Both the position numbers and the translations under genes were made by a program. The notes under the pieces are model-generated. The model was not told the DNA's origin, ran no database searches, and saw nothing but the letters and a program-made list of their open reading frames with translations. A stretch of DNA of 64,000 nucleotides from Antedon mediterranea (Eukaryota; Animalia; Echinodermata), in NCBI RefSeq assembly GCF_964355755.1, contig NC_092676.1, forward strand, positions 20,168,871 to 20,232,870, read 5' to 3'. Every line of letters begins with the position of its first letter. The first letter of the stretch is position 1. Below, piece after piece: positions 1 to 14,398 of this stretch.

Positions 1-2844
1 AAAGTATACCTATAAAGAGTGAAATTTCACTCTTTTCTTAGTATACTAAAACAAGACTTAATTTAATAATGTGTTTTAAAATGCTTTTTCCAAGCCAAGT
101 TTTTATAAACGTGTAAGCCTAAATAACAATTGTATATAATCATTTTTATTGTTTTTTGGTTAGGGGAGGAGGAGATCGTGTAGGATAGTGCAGTGGCACA
201 CCTTTTCTATGTTTTAAACACAAAAGATTGCTCTAGTAAAACTTTTCCTTTGATTTACGCATTACAACTTACTGTGTAATAAGTAATAAGTCTTACTTTT
301 CTTAACTTAAATAATCAAAATTTTAAAACAATTCTTGTTTGTTCAATTTCAAATAATCCTTATTTAGTATTTAGTTATTGTTAAAAGAATTATTTTATCG
401 AAATGGCTATAGGCCTAGACCTATACAGTCTCCAATGTACTGTACTTTGTTTTTATTTGAATTTATTTGAAAAATCATCATAAAAAATACATACAAAGTT
501 ATAAAATTATACAGAAATACATTTATAGAAGATTTTTCCTAAAACTGTTTTTCCTTAATTGTTCTTAATTAATTTATTCCAGTTTATTATTTTTTTCTAA
601 CTAAATGTGATGGTTCTGTCTTTTTGTTTTATAAAAAGAACACATCTTTCTATGTTTCTTTTAAATTTTGTGTTGTTTAATTGTAATTTTACTGTAAATG
701 CGAAGTAAGAAATATAATACATTTTTGGCAAACTAAAAAAATGGAGAATTTAAACTTATATTTTTACATTAAAATTATGAATAATTCTTATATTTTAAGT
801 ATACGTATTAATTTTAGCCTCTGCTAGGCCATAAATTATCACCAACATGCCGGCTTGTATCGGTCGTACCCGGTTGCGGGCAGACGGAATATTGGCTAGC
901 GGTACGGTACTCAAAAATTATATGATTTATCCATGGTGTACAAATGTATACAACATGAATGTACCAATAACAAAAATATTACCATCTGTTTATAATAGTA
1001 TTTTAGCTTTATTATAACTTTAATATTTGTAGAAATTATTTCTAAAGACATGAATGTTTAATAACTGACCTATTACAATGTAATGCTCCATATATTTGAT
1101 GCCTAAATTGAACGATTAAAAAAACCAAATTACATGAAAGTTAAGCATTGCAACTGTAAGAGTTAGTCTCTTCCAGATAAGATTCCCATTTGAAGTTACA
1201 GATCTTACGATAAATTTAAAATTGAGAATTTCTTAAACACCATTTTAAATAATAACTCACGTAATCTTACGTATTTTAAAAATCAGTACAACATTTTGTA
1301 ATTTTTTCACAGCGCTATAGAATTTTGAAACAAAGTTGTTTGGATTTATGAAAACATAACTATGTAGGTTTAAACAATATCCTTTGTTTTTGTCAACCTT
1401 CAACTTGTATTCTACCGGCGTGTTCGATACCAAGATGTCGACATATTAACAATCAGTGGACCGGCGGTATATTATATAGTAACAATTGCAGAAATTGTTC
1501 TAATGTTATTTGTTTGTAATGTTTTATTCTGAATAAGTGAAATACGGTAGAAAGTTAAACGTAAAACAATCTTGGATGAAACCATAACTTCGATGACAGA
1601 GATCTATCGGAGGTTCGGAAGTCTTTTGTCAGTGGGCGATGACACGGAGGTTTGTAGACATGGAAGTCAGAATATTAGAGCCTAGAAATATAATATTATT
1701 TCAGAACGTTGCATATCGGAAATTACAATATTTTGTTAATAATTCCTAGTCTTTGGACACAAACGATTATGATGGACATATTAGGTATATTATGGTGCCT
1801 TAATTGCTGTTCTATATTCTATTGAACATTTTACTGAGAGTCATTTAACCAGATACGTTTTTAGTACCAGCAGTAAGTGAGCTAGGCTCATATGTAATAT
1901 TACTGTATTTTCTCTGCATTGTTTCGACATAATGTGTCCCTTTTCTATACGTTATACAGTCCTATAAATACCAGTCAATTTTTCTATAGGCTCACAATCT
2001 TTATTCCCGCCAGTTTTCAACCCCAACATTCTTATTTGTGTTCATTACCGGATATGACAAATTGTAATCTGAGCCGGCATGCAAAATAATTAAAATTAAA
2101 AAAAAATAATAAACAAAGTTGTATGATTATTACAAAAACAATATAAAACGGCGTTTTTAAAAACTTACTTTAGGTCTTAAGAGGCATTGTATATACTTTT
2201 TCAATTCAATAAATATTTTATCTATTGAAGAACAACATCAGTGTTCAACTTTAAACAAAAAGGGGATTTAAAACAGTTTTTCTGAAGCTTAATGCCACAA
2301 TCGAAAATGTTCTACATCACCAGCCAAAGTAGAATTCTTTCTTTATTTAAAGATCTATTGTCCCCAAAAACATGACAATAAAGATTAATAAAATCAGACT
2401 TTGAATAGATTATTTTGTAGTTTTAATAAATCAATCACTTCCGTAGAGAAAAAAACTGAAACAATAACATTTTCACATTATAAAATGACAAAATAAATGG
2501 TTAAATTCAACCAAAAACCTATTGACTGGCAGCCAATTTGACTATTTTTTTTGCTTTAAATTACACTTTTTTAGGTAAATACATTTGGTTTTTCTATCCA
2601 ATTTTTGGTCAAGGTGAATGGCATATTAAAAAAAAGAATTATTTTTTCAGGGAGACAATATATATTGAATTGTTTTGTATTAAAAGTTAATAAAGTTAGT
2701 TCCTATCAATACAGTTTTGCAGTTCAGCTAGCTACCGAATGTAATGTTATTTAACCCTTGTTTACGGTTCTCATCGGGCGTATTAGGCCGCCCATATTTG
2801 TTGAGTGAAAGTGAAAACTATAGTCCTTTGGAAACATATAGTAA

Positions 2845-2987
2845 AGCCTTGTCTACACTATCAAACTTTATTTGACAAAAAGTGTGATGTGCCCAAATAT
2901 GATGGTGATATGCCCAAACATATCATGTCCATATTTGGGCACATCACATTTTTTTGTTACATACAGTTTGATAGTGTAGACAGAGCT
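2845..2987. mobile_element. PIF/Harbinger-like MITE, family 1
   Basis: TIR AGC(T/C)(C/T)TGTCTACACTATCAAACT at both ends; TAA...TAA flanks form a 3-bp TWA TSD. Confidence 0.85.
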
Positions 2988-3246
2988 TAAACCTACTCAG
3001 TGTTTATTCGCCATGAAAACCTTTAATATGCAGTATAAACATTAATAAATTATATGTATATATAATTATACATAATAATAATGTTTAAACTGCAAAGATG
3101 AGATACGCTGTACTGAACAAATATTTACAATGTATTTGAAAATGCCAACTTCTATTTACTAATGATTGGTAGGTAAGATAACACCTTAATATTACGTACA
3201 ATTCGAAATTTCTTTAACACAAATATACATTTTTTTTTAGACAATT

Positions 3247-3711
3247 ATGGCAATTCCACCTTGTCAAATTTGCAAGATAACTTTAACCTCGCCAGCACAT
3301 GCAGAGCAACATTATAGTGGAAAGTCTCACCAAAAAAGGTTAAAGGTTGTGGAAAATTATAAAACAACCGGAAGTGACGTAAGCACAGACTATTGTAGAA
3401 TCTGTAATGTGGCCTATAGCAGCGAAACACAACGACTAGATCACGAGAAGGGACAGAGACATATTAACGCGCTTAAAGTAAAAGAAAACATTGAAGATGG
3501 CGTCATTCTTTACTGTGAATATTGCCAGGTTCAGTTTACGAATATATCTCAAAAGAGAGAACATTCAGTTAGTTCACGGCATATAAGGAAAGCACAGAAC
3601 CCAACCGAACAACCTAGGAATATGGACACCCCTCAAGTATTAATGGAAGAGGCACACGCGCAGGATAATATTGGACAGATAGAAAGTAGTGAGGATAGGG
3701 CCGATTCGTGA
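3247..3711 (+). CDS. Small matrin/U1-type (dsRNA-binding, ZNF385/ZNF346/ZMAT-like) C2H2 zinc-finger protein with 3 fingers; single coding exon or terminal exon
   Basis: Three C-x2-C-x12-H-x5-H fingers (CQICK..HYSGKSHQK, CRICN..HEKGQRHIN, CEYCQ..HSVSSRHIR). A polypyrimidine-AG acceptor ends at 3240, 6 nt before the ATG. AATAAA lies near 3780. Confidence 0.8.
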   Translation: MAIPPCQICKITLTSPAHAEQHYSGKSHQKRLKVVENYKTTGSDVSTDYCRICNVAYSSETQRLDHEKGQRHINALKVKENIEDGVILYCEYCQVQFTNISQKREHSVSSRHIRKAQNPTEQPRNMDTPQVLMEEAHAQDNIGQIESSEDRADS

Positions 3712-5935
3712 TTTCAAAAGCACCGACGTAAAAGGACAGTAACAATGATATTTGCCATTGAAAACTTATCACTAACTCAAATAAATAAAAATAAATAGCA
3801 CGCTATTATTGTATAACGATCATTGAAAATAATATTTTAATTTGAAAAAAAAATACCAGTACTGTATAATAACATAATATGCATTACTATAGATTATTCT
3901 GTTAAATTATAATGATATAATTAATATCGTATATTTATTATATTTTATGAAATTAGATATAATAATTGATGCAAATCGACTATGGGATTACATAGGCCTA
4001 TATTGTAGAACTTCATTCTTTTTGTTATAAATAACTAAATTTTGGTTCAAAATAAAATACTCTTTCTCACAGCTTATTCTTTGACACACCTTCATATCCA
4101 CCCGATTATCGGTGCTGTATCTAGATGAATAGTTAGTAACACAATTATCACGTGTGTTTCACATGTATATTATATATTATATACTATAACCATGATACAG
4201 GCACCACAAATATTATAATATGTTGAGATACATACTGATAATCGGGGACCATATCTTCTACTTTAATTTGTCGCAGGTTTTTTTCTCGTTCGTGAGGGTA
4301 ACTCACTCTTATTGCATGTAAACAGATAAAATAAGTAATAAAGATATCTATAGATATTTTTTGTTAAAAAAAAAAAATAGAAGTTAATTTATTATTGTAA
4401 TATACTATATGCCAATGATTATGTAAATATATTACCGTATATGGTAAGGTAAATCTTTTAAGACTAAATACACTAAAACCTATACGGCCAGAAGAATATA
4501 TTACTATTAAAACAAGTCCAGTAACCGTCAGTAACTAAAACCACTTACATGTTCTTATGTTTGTTAGTATGTAGTTTCTAGTTTAACTTTAGTTTTAAAC
4601 TGTTGTTTTCAATTTTTTTTAAAAGAGTTTTTATAACTGTTGAGATATTGGGCATTATGGACAATACTATAAATTGGAACAGATTATGGAAATCAATAAA
4701 GAAGGAATCCACTGAAGGAAATAATAATTTGTTTGTTGCTTTTTAAACTTCTCATTGGAATTTCCAAAGTCGATACTCAATCAACTCTAGGCCTACTTGT
4801 ACAAGAATAGAATCGGGGACATTGCAATAAGGGACGTGAAAACTTTTTTAAAGATCTCTTGGTTAGTTGACAATTTTCTAAATGTCGCCCTCTATAACAT
4901 TCTGTAAAGGACTCGGAGATCCTCAGGAGTTTTAGAGACTGATCGATTTTTAGGAGAGGAAGTACAATTGGAAATGCTGAAATCGTATGAAAATATAAAT
5001 ATGTATTAAATGTATTTAACATTTCTGCAATACCTTAAATCAGTGAAGAAAAATGATTTTAGACACAATCAATCCACACATTAGAACTGGTTGAGTGTAG
5101 TCTACTACTGTAGCCTATTAAAACGTTACGTCATTCTGTTCTATCACTAATTATAAATACCATATTAAATATTATCAATACAAAATTCCACACTAAAATC
5201 ATTAAAAACAAATCAAAAAGTATATTACCGTACTGTATTGTGATAAAACAGTTCAGGCTGTATGCGTACCAACCGGAAGCGCGAACCGGAAAAGCGTATT
5301 GTTACGCGAGCAAAGTAGGTCAAGTTCGGAAATACGCGAAGGTTACGCGCACACGCACGCGCTCCATGGATTATAAAAACAATGATACGGGAAATTCCCT
5401 TTTATTATTTTTACTACTGTATAATAGTTAATACCATAGTCAATTAAATTAAATAGAAATAAGAATCTAATTAAATCCAAATTAATTGAAATTCATGAAA
5501 TATTTCTGATATAAAATTTATATTTAAAATAATTTTAAAATAGAAAATTAAATTAAAGTACAATTGTTTTCTTTAAAATTTTCTTATAACTGGCACCCGG
5601 GCTAAATTAATTCACATAGGCCCTAATAATAATAGGCCTACAGCTACACTATTTTTTTTATCACGATTTAATTACACAATTGAATTTATACTCAGTCAAA
5701 ATGGAGCCTTACTTCATATAGTGCTAGTGATATAATAGTATGTGAGATAATGAAATAAATGTTTTCTTTTACAAATGCATGTTTACAGTAGGCCTATAAT
5801 ATTAATTTCTAGCAAATAGTAGTTCATACCACTTTTTCCCGCCGTGAAATCAGTGACCATTCGTACTTCAGTAGCAAAATTCTGCGAAAACAAAATCGTT
5901 CCCCACCCAATAACAAAGGTAGGCCATTTAATGCA

Positions 5936-5992
5936 ATCAGCCAATCAAAAACGTGTATACAATTATGTCATTTGCCGTTGACCAATCAGCAT
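5936..5992 (+). promoter_or_regulatory. Paired CCAAT (NF-Y) boxes, probable FoxN1/4 promoter
   Basis: AGCCAATCA (~5939) and GACCAATCAG (~5979), about 40 bp apart and ~370-400 bp upstream of the FoxN ATG. Confidence 0.45.
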
Positions 5993-6344
5993 TGTCTCTT
6001 TAAATGCCACTAACCTTTTGTCCTATCTAACGGTCGTAGTAGATTCCATTTTTACTATCATGGACCTGTCTGTTGAAAATAATAGTCTCCGATTCTTTAT
6101 TCGTTTTGCTATGAGAATGAGCTGGAATTTATAATCAAGTTTATTGAAATAATCTGAATTATATTGTGCAGCTGTTGGTAGGTGGAAGTTATTATAATAT
6201 CATATGGATTTGTAGAAATTTGACGTAGTAATTTAACGTGTTCTGTTTACACTCGCTGGGAAATTTTGAAAAAAAATACTCCCGACTACTCACTCAGCTG
6301 TTTCCGAATCCAGGCCCCCTACGTACTGTACGCGAATATTCAAA

Positions 6345-9300
6345 ATGGAGTATTATGATTCTCAAATGAGCGATGTTTTTGACGCTGAGGTAAGGACTGA
6401 AATGGATCAAATATTAAATTCAGCTCAGTTAAATTCTACATCAGCAACCACAGAACTTCATTTTAATGGAACGGTGGATTCTGTTGTTGATCTATGCAAC
6501 TCAAATGATGTTGGAAGCGACTCAACGGAACTGATCAACTTTTCTTGGTTGCAAAACGGAATAAACGGTTCTTCAAACAGTTTAGATTTCTCGCAGCTTT
6601 CTTCGGCCATCGATACCCATAATTTATTAGTAAATCCACAAACAGGTTCGCCTATATCTCTGGATTTTCTTGTAGCTCAACAACAACAGCAGCAACAACA
6701 ACAACAACAATCCCAACCACAACAACAGCAGCATCAAACTGTACGCAGTGCATTGGAAGCACAGAATTATGCTCAGCAACAAGCAAGTCAACAAATTCTC
6801 AACAGCCAAGTTCCTTATCAACTACAGCAACATTTTATTCAAAATTCAAACATTCATGTTATCCAAAACGGCACGGTGCAAACCGTGAAGCATACAAAGA
6901 TCGAACCGCAACCCTCGGATATAAATTCACAAGAAAAAGTGTATCCAAAACCAGCATATTCGTACAGTTGTTTGATAACTATGGCACTAAAAAATAGTAA
7001 AACCGGATGTTTACCCGTTAGTGAAATATATGCATTTATGTGGTGAGTATTTACCTTTAATTTTTTTTTTCTGTTTTACATTGTTTAAATGAAATATAAC
7101 TTGTTGAAAATTGTATTTATCATTGTATCTAATTATTATTTTATTCGTTCATTTGACATGAAGTAGGCGTAAAGTAAAACTCTCACAATATTAATGATAT
7201 ATTTTCATTTTGAAAAATGTTGCATCCAATTTGTTTTCAGCTCCCAAAATCTGACCCATTCTTTGGTTAAGTTTGGGGAAAGATACCTGGAATACCCTGA
7301 TGATGACATTGAGTGACACATCCTAAAATCAATACATAAAATATGTTAGTGATGTGTGTCATCCAAACTGAATTACAATTTTGTCATGAAAAATATTAAA
7401 ATTTCAAATTACCAAATTTTAATATAGCAAAATTTTAAATTTTTAACCATAACACCCTCTATTTTCAACAATGAAAAAAAGGGAATTCCCCTAATTTATT
7501 CTTGTTTAACCGATCAGGATCTGGTTGGATAAGTTTTAGCACCCATAAATTCATGACTGGTTTATTATAACTATAAATACTGTGTAGAGAGGTTTAGATT
7601 TAAATGGTCATCTTTTAATTAAATTGTGATCAGGAAGCAATATCAATTTATTAATAACCACACCCCTCACAATCAATTTACTATGAAATGAAATATGAAT
7701 TATTAATAATTCAGTACATAATAGATAATAAAAAAAAATATTGATTAATATTTGATTTTTTCTTACAGTGAGAATTTTCCTTACTTTAAAACAGCACCTG
7801 ATGGATGGAAGGTTTGTACTTAAATTTCATTTTAATTTTTTTTTAATATGAATTAATTTAGCTTCAATCAATTATTAATTACATATTACTTGACAGTATA
7901 TTGAGGGTCTATTTCTATTGAAAAATACCATTTATAAAAAGATTGCATTGCAGCTCAAAATTGATCCACAGAAACCGTTTTTAATCCCGTATTTAATGAT
8001 TAATTGGGGTTTCACTCGATACTTTTTATGTGGACCCATTTCTGTTGGCAAAAAAATATTGTTCTTTTAAAATACGGTACTGTATTTAAATGAAATGCGC
8101 CCTTGTTATTTTTTTTTTTTTGAAATAGTGTTTTTAACAAAAACTCTCACTTTAGTATTTTGCTTATGTTTTTCAACATTGTGATTTTGTTTCCTTGAAG
8201 TTGTGAAAATATTTTCTATGAAATGGGATTGCGTTTAAAATATTACCAAACCTAACAATTAAAGATACTAAACAAATTGCAGTACACATTTAACAACAAA
8301 AGATCACTTAAATTTTGTCATACTAATAACATCTGCATGTTCCACCCATCTAAAAATGTCATCTTACACCCCCACACCCTACACATATTAGTACGTCGAC
8401 GTGGACTGTATACCACCCTCCCTCCCCCAATCCCCTTTCAAAACAAATTTAAAACATATAGTACTTCAAATAGGATCATAAAATTAGTATAAAAAGGATT
8501 TTATTTAAATTACAGTAAGTTCAATCAATTTTTAACACGCTGTAACTACTTTGAAAAACATTTTGTACTGAAAATAATTTTTTTTTTAATTGGTTAAAAA
8601 AATATTGACAACAATGACATGTTCTTCAGGACAAGTGTACAAATATAGTGATGTATGAGGTATTGAATTGTTGGCAATGTAAACAATAGTAATGCGTGTT
8701 AATAAAGTCATTAACCCAATTAGCCAGGAGCTGATGTAAAGGCTGTACTATTAAAGGTCAATTCTTGCATCTGTCTAGTTATTTATTTATTGACACTTTC
8801 TTGACAATAATATTTCTGCTTGTTCTGAGTAAATTTAAGTAATACATTAACTGTATACATTTTATAGAAACAAATTAAATAATAAATATTCTGTGTACCT
8901 GAGTATTTATAGTAAGATTACTAGTTTGTTTGTTCATAACAAAGCATGTGCAAATGCACCCTTGTTTTCTTGAAATTATAGTTTAAATTTAATAATTAAT
9001 ATTTAATAATATTTAATGTTTTTCTAAAATTTTTGGCTGACAATTTACAACCACCCAATCCCAGTAGCTTTGTTAGGGATGCAAAGGGACCTCTATAAAA
9101 AGTAGTACTTTAATAATTCATAAAATTGTTTATTTTGATATTGTTTTCATAATACATTTATTACAGTATATGGATTTTATTACAAATATGGATTTATTCA
9201 AACTTTATCCATCTTATAAACCCAACAGTATTCGCCATGTCTCTCTCTTCAATATATATATACTATAAATACACCCTTCTTAATGAATTATTTTGAGTAG

Positions 9301-12300
9301 TAACGGAAATAGACAAATATACTACATTGAACACAATCTAGAATTACATATTGTATTTAGGGAAATGAAAATTATATGCTGGAACATAGCCATGACTACT
9401 GAAAACTGTTAACGATCAAAATAGAATAAATGAAACAAATAATATCTGAAAATGTAAGTAATTTATATTAATTCATATTTACTTGGAACATTTTCATTTA
9501 AATAATTTGATTAATCTGAATTTAAAAATAGAAAATACTTACAATAGTATCGTGGTTACAAATTATTAATTTTAATTAAAATTGACAGTACTATTAATTA
9601 ATCTATTTGACATTGTTTATTTAAATTCAGATAAATTATGGCTCATTATAAACTAACAGTAACTCCTTAAAGTTTTCATTCACAATATTATTATAATTTC
9701 TTTGATTAATAACTTGGTTTTAAACATTTAATCTTAGTATCATATTTGTAGAGGAAAAATATTAAAATTATTAGCATAAACTTGATTACTATAATAATTT
9801 GGTAGTTGGACTAAAGTACATTATGTGAAATTGAGAGGAAATCCTTGTGTCAACTTTATTCGCAATGACATTGTGTTGTCAACAATAGCCATATAAAATG
9901 GATCAATTAATGTGGAAATGTCTTATCAATATTCCATGCATATGCCATATTTTTTTATTATTGTATGTAGTAGTAATTTCCTTATAGACATGTCATAAAA
10001 ATAAATGTTATCTGATATTAATATGCCTGGGCAGGTATATTGAGAAAATTGCTGATTAAAAAACAATTAAAACCATGATAGACTTTCAATTGGTAATAAT
10101 GTGTCATTATTGACTGATTGGTTCCACCCACAAATAAGTCTTTGTCGTAAAATTACTAATTTTAACCACTCCTTCCCTGCCCTAATTTTCTTTTATTCTT
10201 AACTCATCTACATCTCTTAACAATAGATGATTCAACCCTTTGTTCACTGGCCTATGGAATGTTCCACTGACTGAAGGTTGGAAAACAAAAAAAAACCTAT
10301 AATTATATCAATCACCTTTGACCTAATCCAGGTGCCTGTTGCTGATTGGTCAAATCCCATGTGAGCTATGACTCATTTAATGATATCATGCAAATATAGC
10401 TTTCTGATTGGTTGAAATGTATTCTTCCATAATAACACCTGCTCCTATTATTTTGTTATTGATCTATATTTGTGTTCATTGATCCGTATCATGTGTAGTA
10501 AAAAATAGTAAAACAAGTGCATTGTCGTCGTCGTCGTTGTACAGTAGTATAATTATGTAGATTAAGGTCTGCATGATTCATGAAAAAGTCATAGCAAATT
10601 CATTAATTATGATAATGTATAAAAAATAAGAATCTATAATATAATGGAAATGAAGGCATTTTTTGGTACAATACATGCAACTTATGTTTTGTATTAAAAT
10701 GACTAAAAGTTATTATTTAAGTTATGATTTTAAATGTATATTTTTTGATTATTTACCTATTACGGTATATGTATAAATAATAAAATAAAAACAGTAATTT
10801 AAAATATATATAATAAGTCTGCTCTAAGCAGGGATAGGTCTAGGGGTGGGGTTAAAACAATTAAGGAATGGATAATTAAATAAAACAGTACATAACATAC
10901 TACTATTGTTTAAATATCCAGATGATTTCTTGGGGAAGTTCAGCTGGGTGGAAGGCCTTAATATAAACTTGAAACTTTAGGTGGATGATTGCTCCTACAG
11001 TACTTTGCTGAATATTTGTCACACTATCATTTTACCCTGAACTAAGCCTAGTGCATTATGGAAGTTGGTGTAATTTGCCCTAACCTACCGGAAACAGAGA
11101 GTATGGTGGGTTTGTTAACCCAGAACATATCATTATTATAGAAAACATATCAGTTATGAAAAATGATAAAACCAGGTGTGAATAGGACGATCTATTGAGT
11201 TTAACCAACCAGAAAACATGCATCAATATTTAACAAGGGAATTGAATATAGCATCGATTATTCAACATTGTTCTTATTTATTGATTTTATGATAATTCTA
11301 ATTATTACCTCACAAACAATTAATTATTGAAGATGAATTATAAAAATAGAAAATTAATTGTGACTATAATTATGATGAATTATTATTTTAATAATAAATT
11401 AATTAATAAAATATAATATAAGCCTCTAGGATGTTCTGTGAGAAGTTGAAAATGATAATATCACTAATTTGTGGGAAAAATAGCTAAAGCCTGAGACATT
11501 AAATTAATTTGTTTCTATTACTAAATGCATAAAAGTAGGGCAGTCCGATTAAATTTCATAACAAAGTGCGACTCTCTAAATAAAAGTTGTAGTAGGATGC
11601 TTATTGTGATAACAGTGTTTATAAAAACTTTTAGGCCCTCCGGCATTTGGCCTTGTACAGCAATACTGACCATCAGGAGTGTGCCTTCCATTCATATACA
11701 ACAATTCATTCAATATTCATTGAGTTTTATTACCATTGACTATTGTGAAACTTTATGAATGGACTGTTATTAATTGAGGTTATTCCATTTAATAATGGGG
11801 AAAACAAACCTTCAATGAATATTTAATAGACTGGGTTGAAGAAATTGGGTAATCCCACCATGATATAGAGCTTCTTAAATTGCTCTATCTATCTGACCAA
11901 TGACACAAACTTACTAAACAAAATTACATCAATAATATTAATAAATTGTCGTTTGTTTTTCCTTCAGAATTCTGTAAGACATAATTTGTCCCTCAATAAA
12001 TGTTTTGCCAAGATTGAGAAACCACAAAGCAGCTCAGGTTCCAGTAGAAAGGGGTGTCTATGGGCCTTGAATCCAGATAAGGTTGCCAAGATGGAGGAAG
12101 AGGTGTCAAAATGGACCAAGAAAGATCCAGCTGGAATCCGTCGTGCCATGGCCTGTCCAGGTTAGTTTACACTTTAACCTTAACAGTAACTTTGAAGTCC
12201 CACTGAATAATTCCCTCTTATTATGGACCAATTGCCTGTGTTTGAGTTAAGCACAAAATCTTAGCACTTGATTCTGAAAAAAGACCAACCCTATATCCAT

Positions 12301-13344
12301 TCCATCCCAGTTCAAAACTTTTTACAGGGCTTTTTTTATGATTTCCTCCAAAGTGGCTCAATCCCACACTGGACTTTAAATGAAGAAGTTACATATCTGT
12401 GGCCGATTCTTCTTAAATTATATGAAGGTACATAGTTGTAATTGTTTAACATTGTTAATTAGTTTTTTGACTACTAAATTGTTGAACTTCTTGTCTTTAT
12501 AGAGGATCTACCTAGCATAGAAAATGGAACGAAAGGTCTTCCCGGCGCTTCTCCTAATAAGCCTAAACTAATGTCCAAACCAAGAAATAACAGCAGTGAT
12601 ACGGTCATAATGTCCACTCCTGAACTGACCACTACGTGTGCTCCAGCCATAACGACTCTTGCCAATGACTATTTGACCACGGACATTCTGTCTTTGGATA
12701 CTCATTTGGATCTTGGATATAATGTAAGTTTATCCTTTATTATTTACTTGTTATAAACTTCTTTAAGTACACTCTATTCTCAATAGTAATATCAGGGGTA
12801 TACATTTTCATCCATTTCAGATTGGATATTAAAATGTAAAGGCTAGTTTTATTAGAATTAAACAGCATTACTTGTTACTTGTAGATATAAGATTAGCAGC
12901 ATATGATGGGTTAGTTATATCTACTAAATAATAGTAATATCAGGGATGTAACATTTTCATTCATTTACACTGTTTTTAGTCTCGTAAATCACACAAGCAT
13001 ATTAGTGTTGGGCTACTATACCACCTATTTATGCCCAGTTCCAGTTACAATTTTTTTCTATGTTTTCACAACCCTAAAATATAGACAATATTCAATGCTG
13101 AAATGTATTATATTAACAATACATTTATTTTTTAATGATGTTACAGGACAACATCTTGGACAACATGAACTACGACACATTGAGCATGGAACTGCCAGTA
13201 ACGTCAGCGTACCCCGTCAGTCTAACCGCCGCCTTCCTCGATGCATCCCCGGTCAAGGACAGTTCACATGGTCTACATAGTGGACTCGACTCACAGTATT
13301 CATTCAGTAGCCCTAGTAGGCCATCGGTCACTGCTTACATGTGA
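6345..13344 (+). CDS. FOXN4: Forkhead box N1/4 transcription factor (~450 aa); exons 6345-7042, 7769-7811, 11968-12160, 12503-12723, 13147-13344
   Basis: The spliced forkhead domain reads [77 protein letters not shown], diagnostic of FoxN1/4. All introns are GT-AG and phase-consistent (1353 nt). Confidence 0.95.
6678..6735 (+). repeat. CAA/CAG polyglutamine-coding microsatellite in FoxN1/4 exon 1
   Basis: caacaacaacagcagcaacaacaacaacaacaa encodes a Q11 tract followed by SQPQQQQH. Confidence 0.9.
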
Positions 13345-14398
13345 CAATGAAGGCACTGGTCTAATTGAGGACCAATAATTTAACCAAAGAATCTCTGATT
13401 ACCAACTCAAAATCGGACTCATGCAAACATATTTAGGTTTAGCTTTGGTTTTAAGAAACAGAACAATCGGAAGATTTTATTTCTTTTTGGTTCTCAAATG
13501 TACAGTAAATCACGTTGTTACATTTTATCATTTAAAGCACTGTCCCTTTTCTTGTTTGTTTGAGTAATAATAAAAACTATAAATAACAAATACTTTTATT
13601 CAGTAAAGATACTGTTGGTTTCAAATATTTCACCATCAAATATTAAGGCTCCCTAAACCAGATGCCAAACCAGAAATTCTCTAAAAATCAGACTTCAAGA
13701 AAAACCAGAAAATGTTGTATAACCAGATGCCCAGCAAACTGAAAAATCTACAAGCATAACAACAGAATTAACAAAAGTGAGAAAATATTCCAAAACCATA
13801 TTATTTTACAATCAGAAAACATTCTGAAATGAAATGAGACTTTCTGAAAAGTAAAGATATCGAAATGAAAAGCATATTTATTTCAGAACCAGCTGAAACA
13901 TGTCTGGTTTGTTGGGAAATTTTCTTGTTTTTTCTGCTAAATTAGTCTTTCCTCAATTTTGAGACTGAGATATTTTAAAGACAAATCAAACTGAAAATAA
14001 GTATATTTTTGTAGAAGACGACTGTGGGAAAGGACAGATGGGATATTAAAGGATAGTTTATACTAGATTTTAACAGCATTACTTAACTTACTAGATAAGA
14101 AAAACAGAATATGCTAGGTTTAGTTAACTTTTCAAATACTGCTCAAATACAAAATTAATATTGCAATAAATATAAGTGTTTATATTTAGTTTTCCTACAA
14201 AATACCTTGTAAATAATCACAATTTGAATCATTTTTAGCATTTAACAATCTTTCAAAACATTCCTTAGACAGTGACATGACAGAGGGGTCCAAGGTATGT
14301 TGTAAGGGCTACATCATTCATGCTACAGTACCTGAATATATCATCTGTGTTAAAACTAAACATCTCTACACCTACGGCAACTGTCCTGTGCTTCCTAA

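Noticed and set aside
1575-1685. Short GC-richer ORF (MTEIYRRFGS..) as a possible upstream exon of the zinc-finger gene
   Set aside because: Bounded by stops, with no suitable in-frame donor and no recognisable motif.
2805-2990. 61-aa ORF, and similar ORFs at 21130, 25781, 29798 and 42833 sharing CLHYQT/FDSVDRA words
   Set aside because: These are translations of the MITE TIRs, not a protein family.
4690-5060. Coding-looking segment / 81-aa minus-strand ORF, possible pseudogene fragment
   Set aside because: Needs frameshifts and I could not assign a family; a TBLASTX/HMM search would be required.
6627-6821. Antisense poly-Leu ORF
   Set aside because: It is the reverse complement of the polyQ tract.
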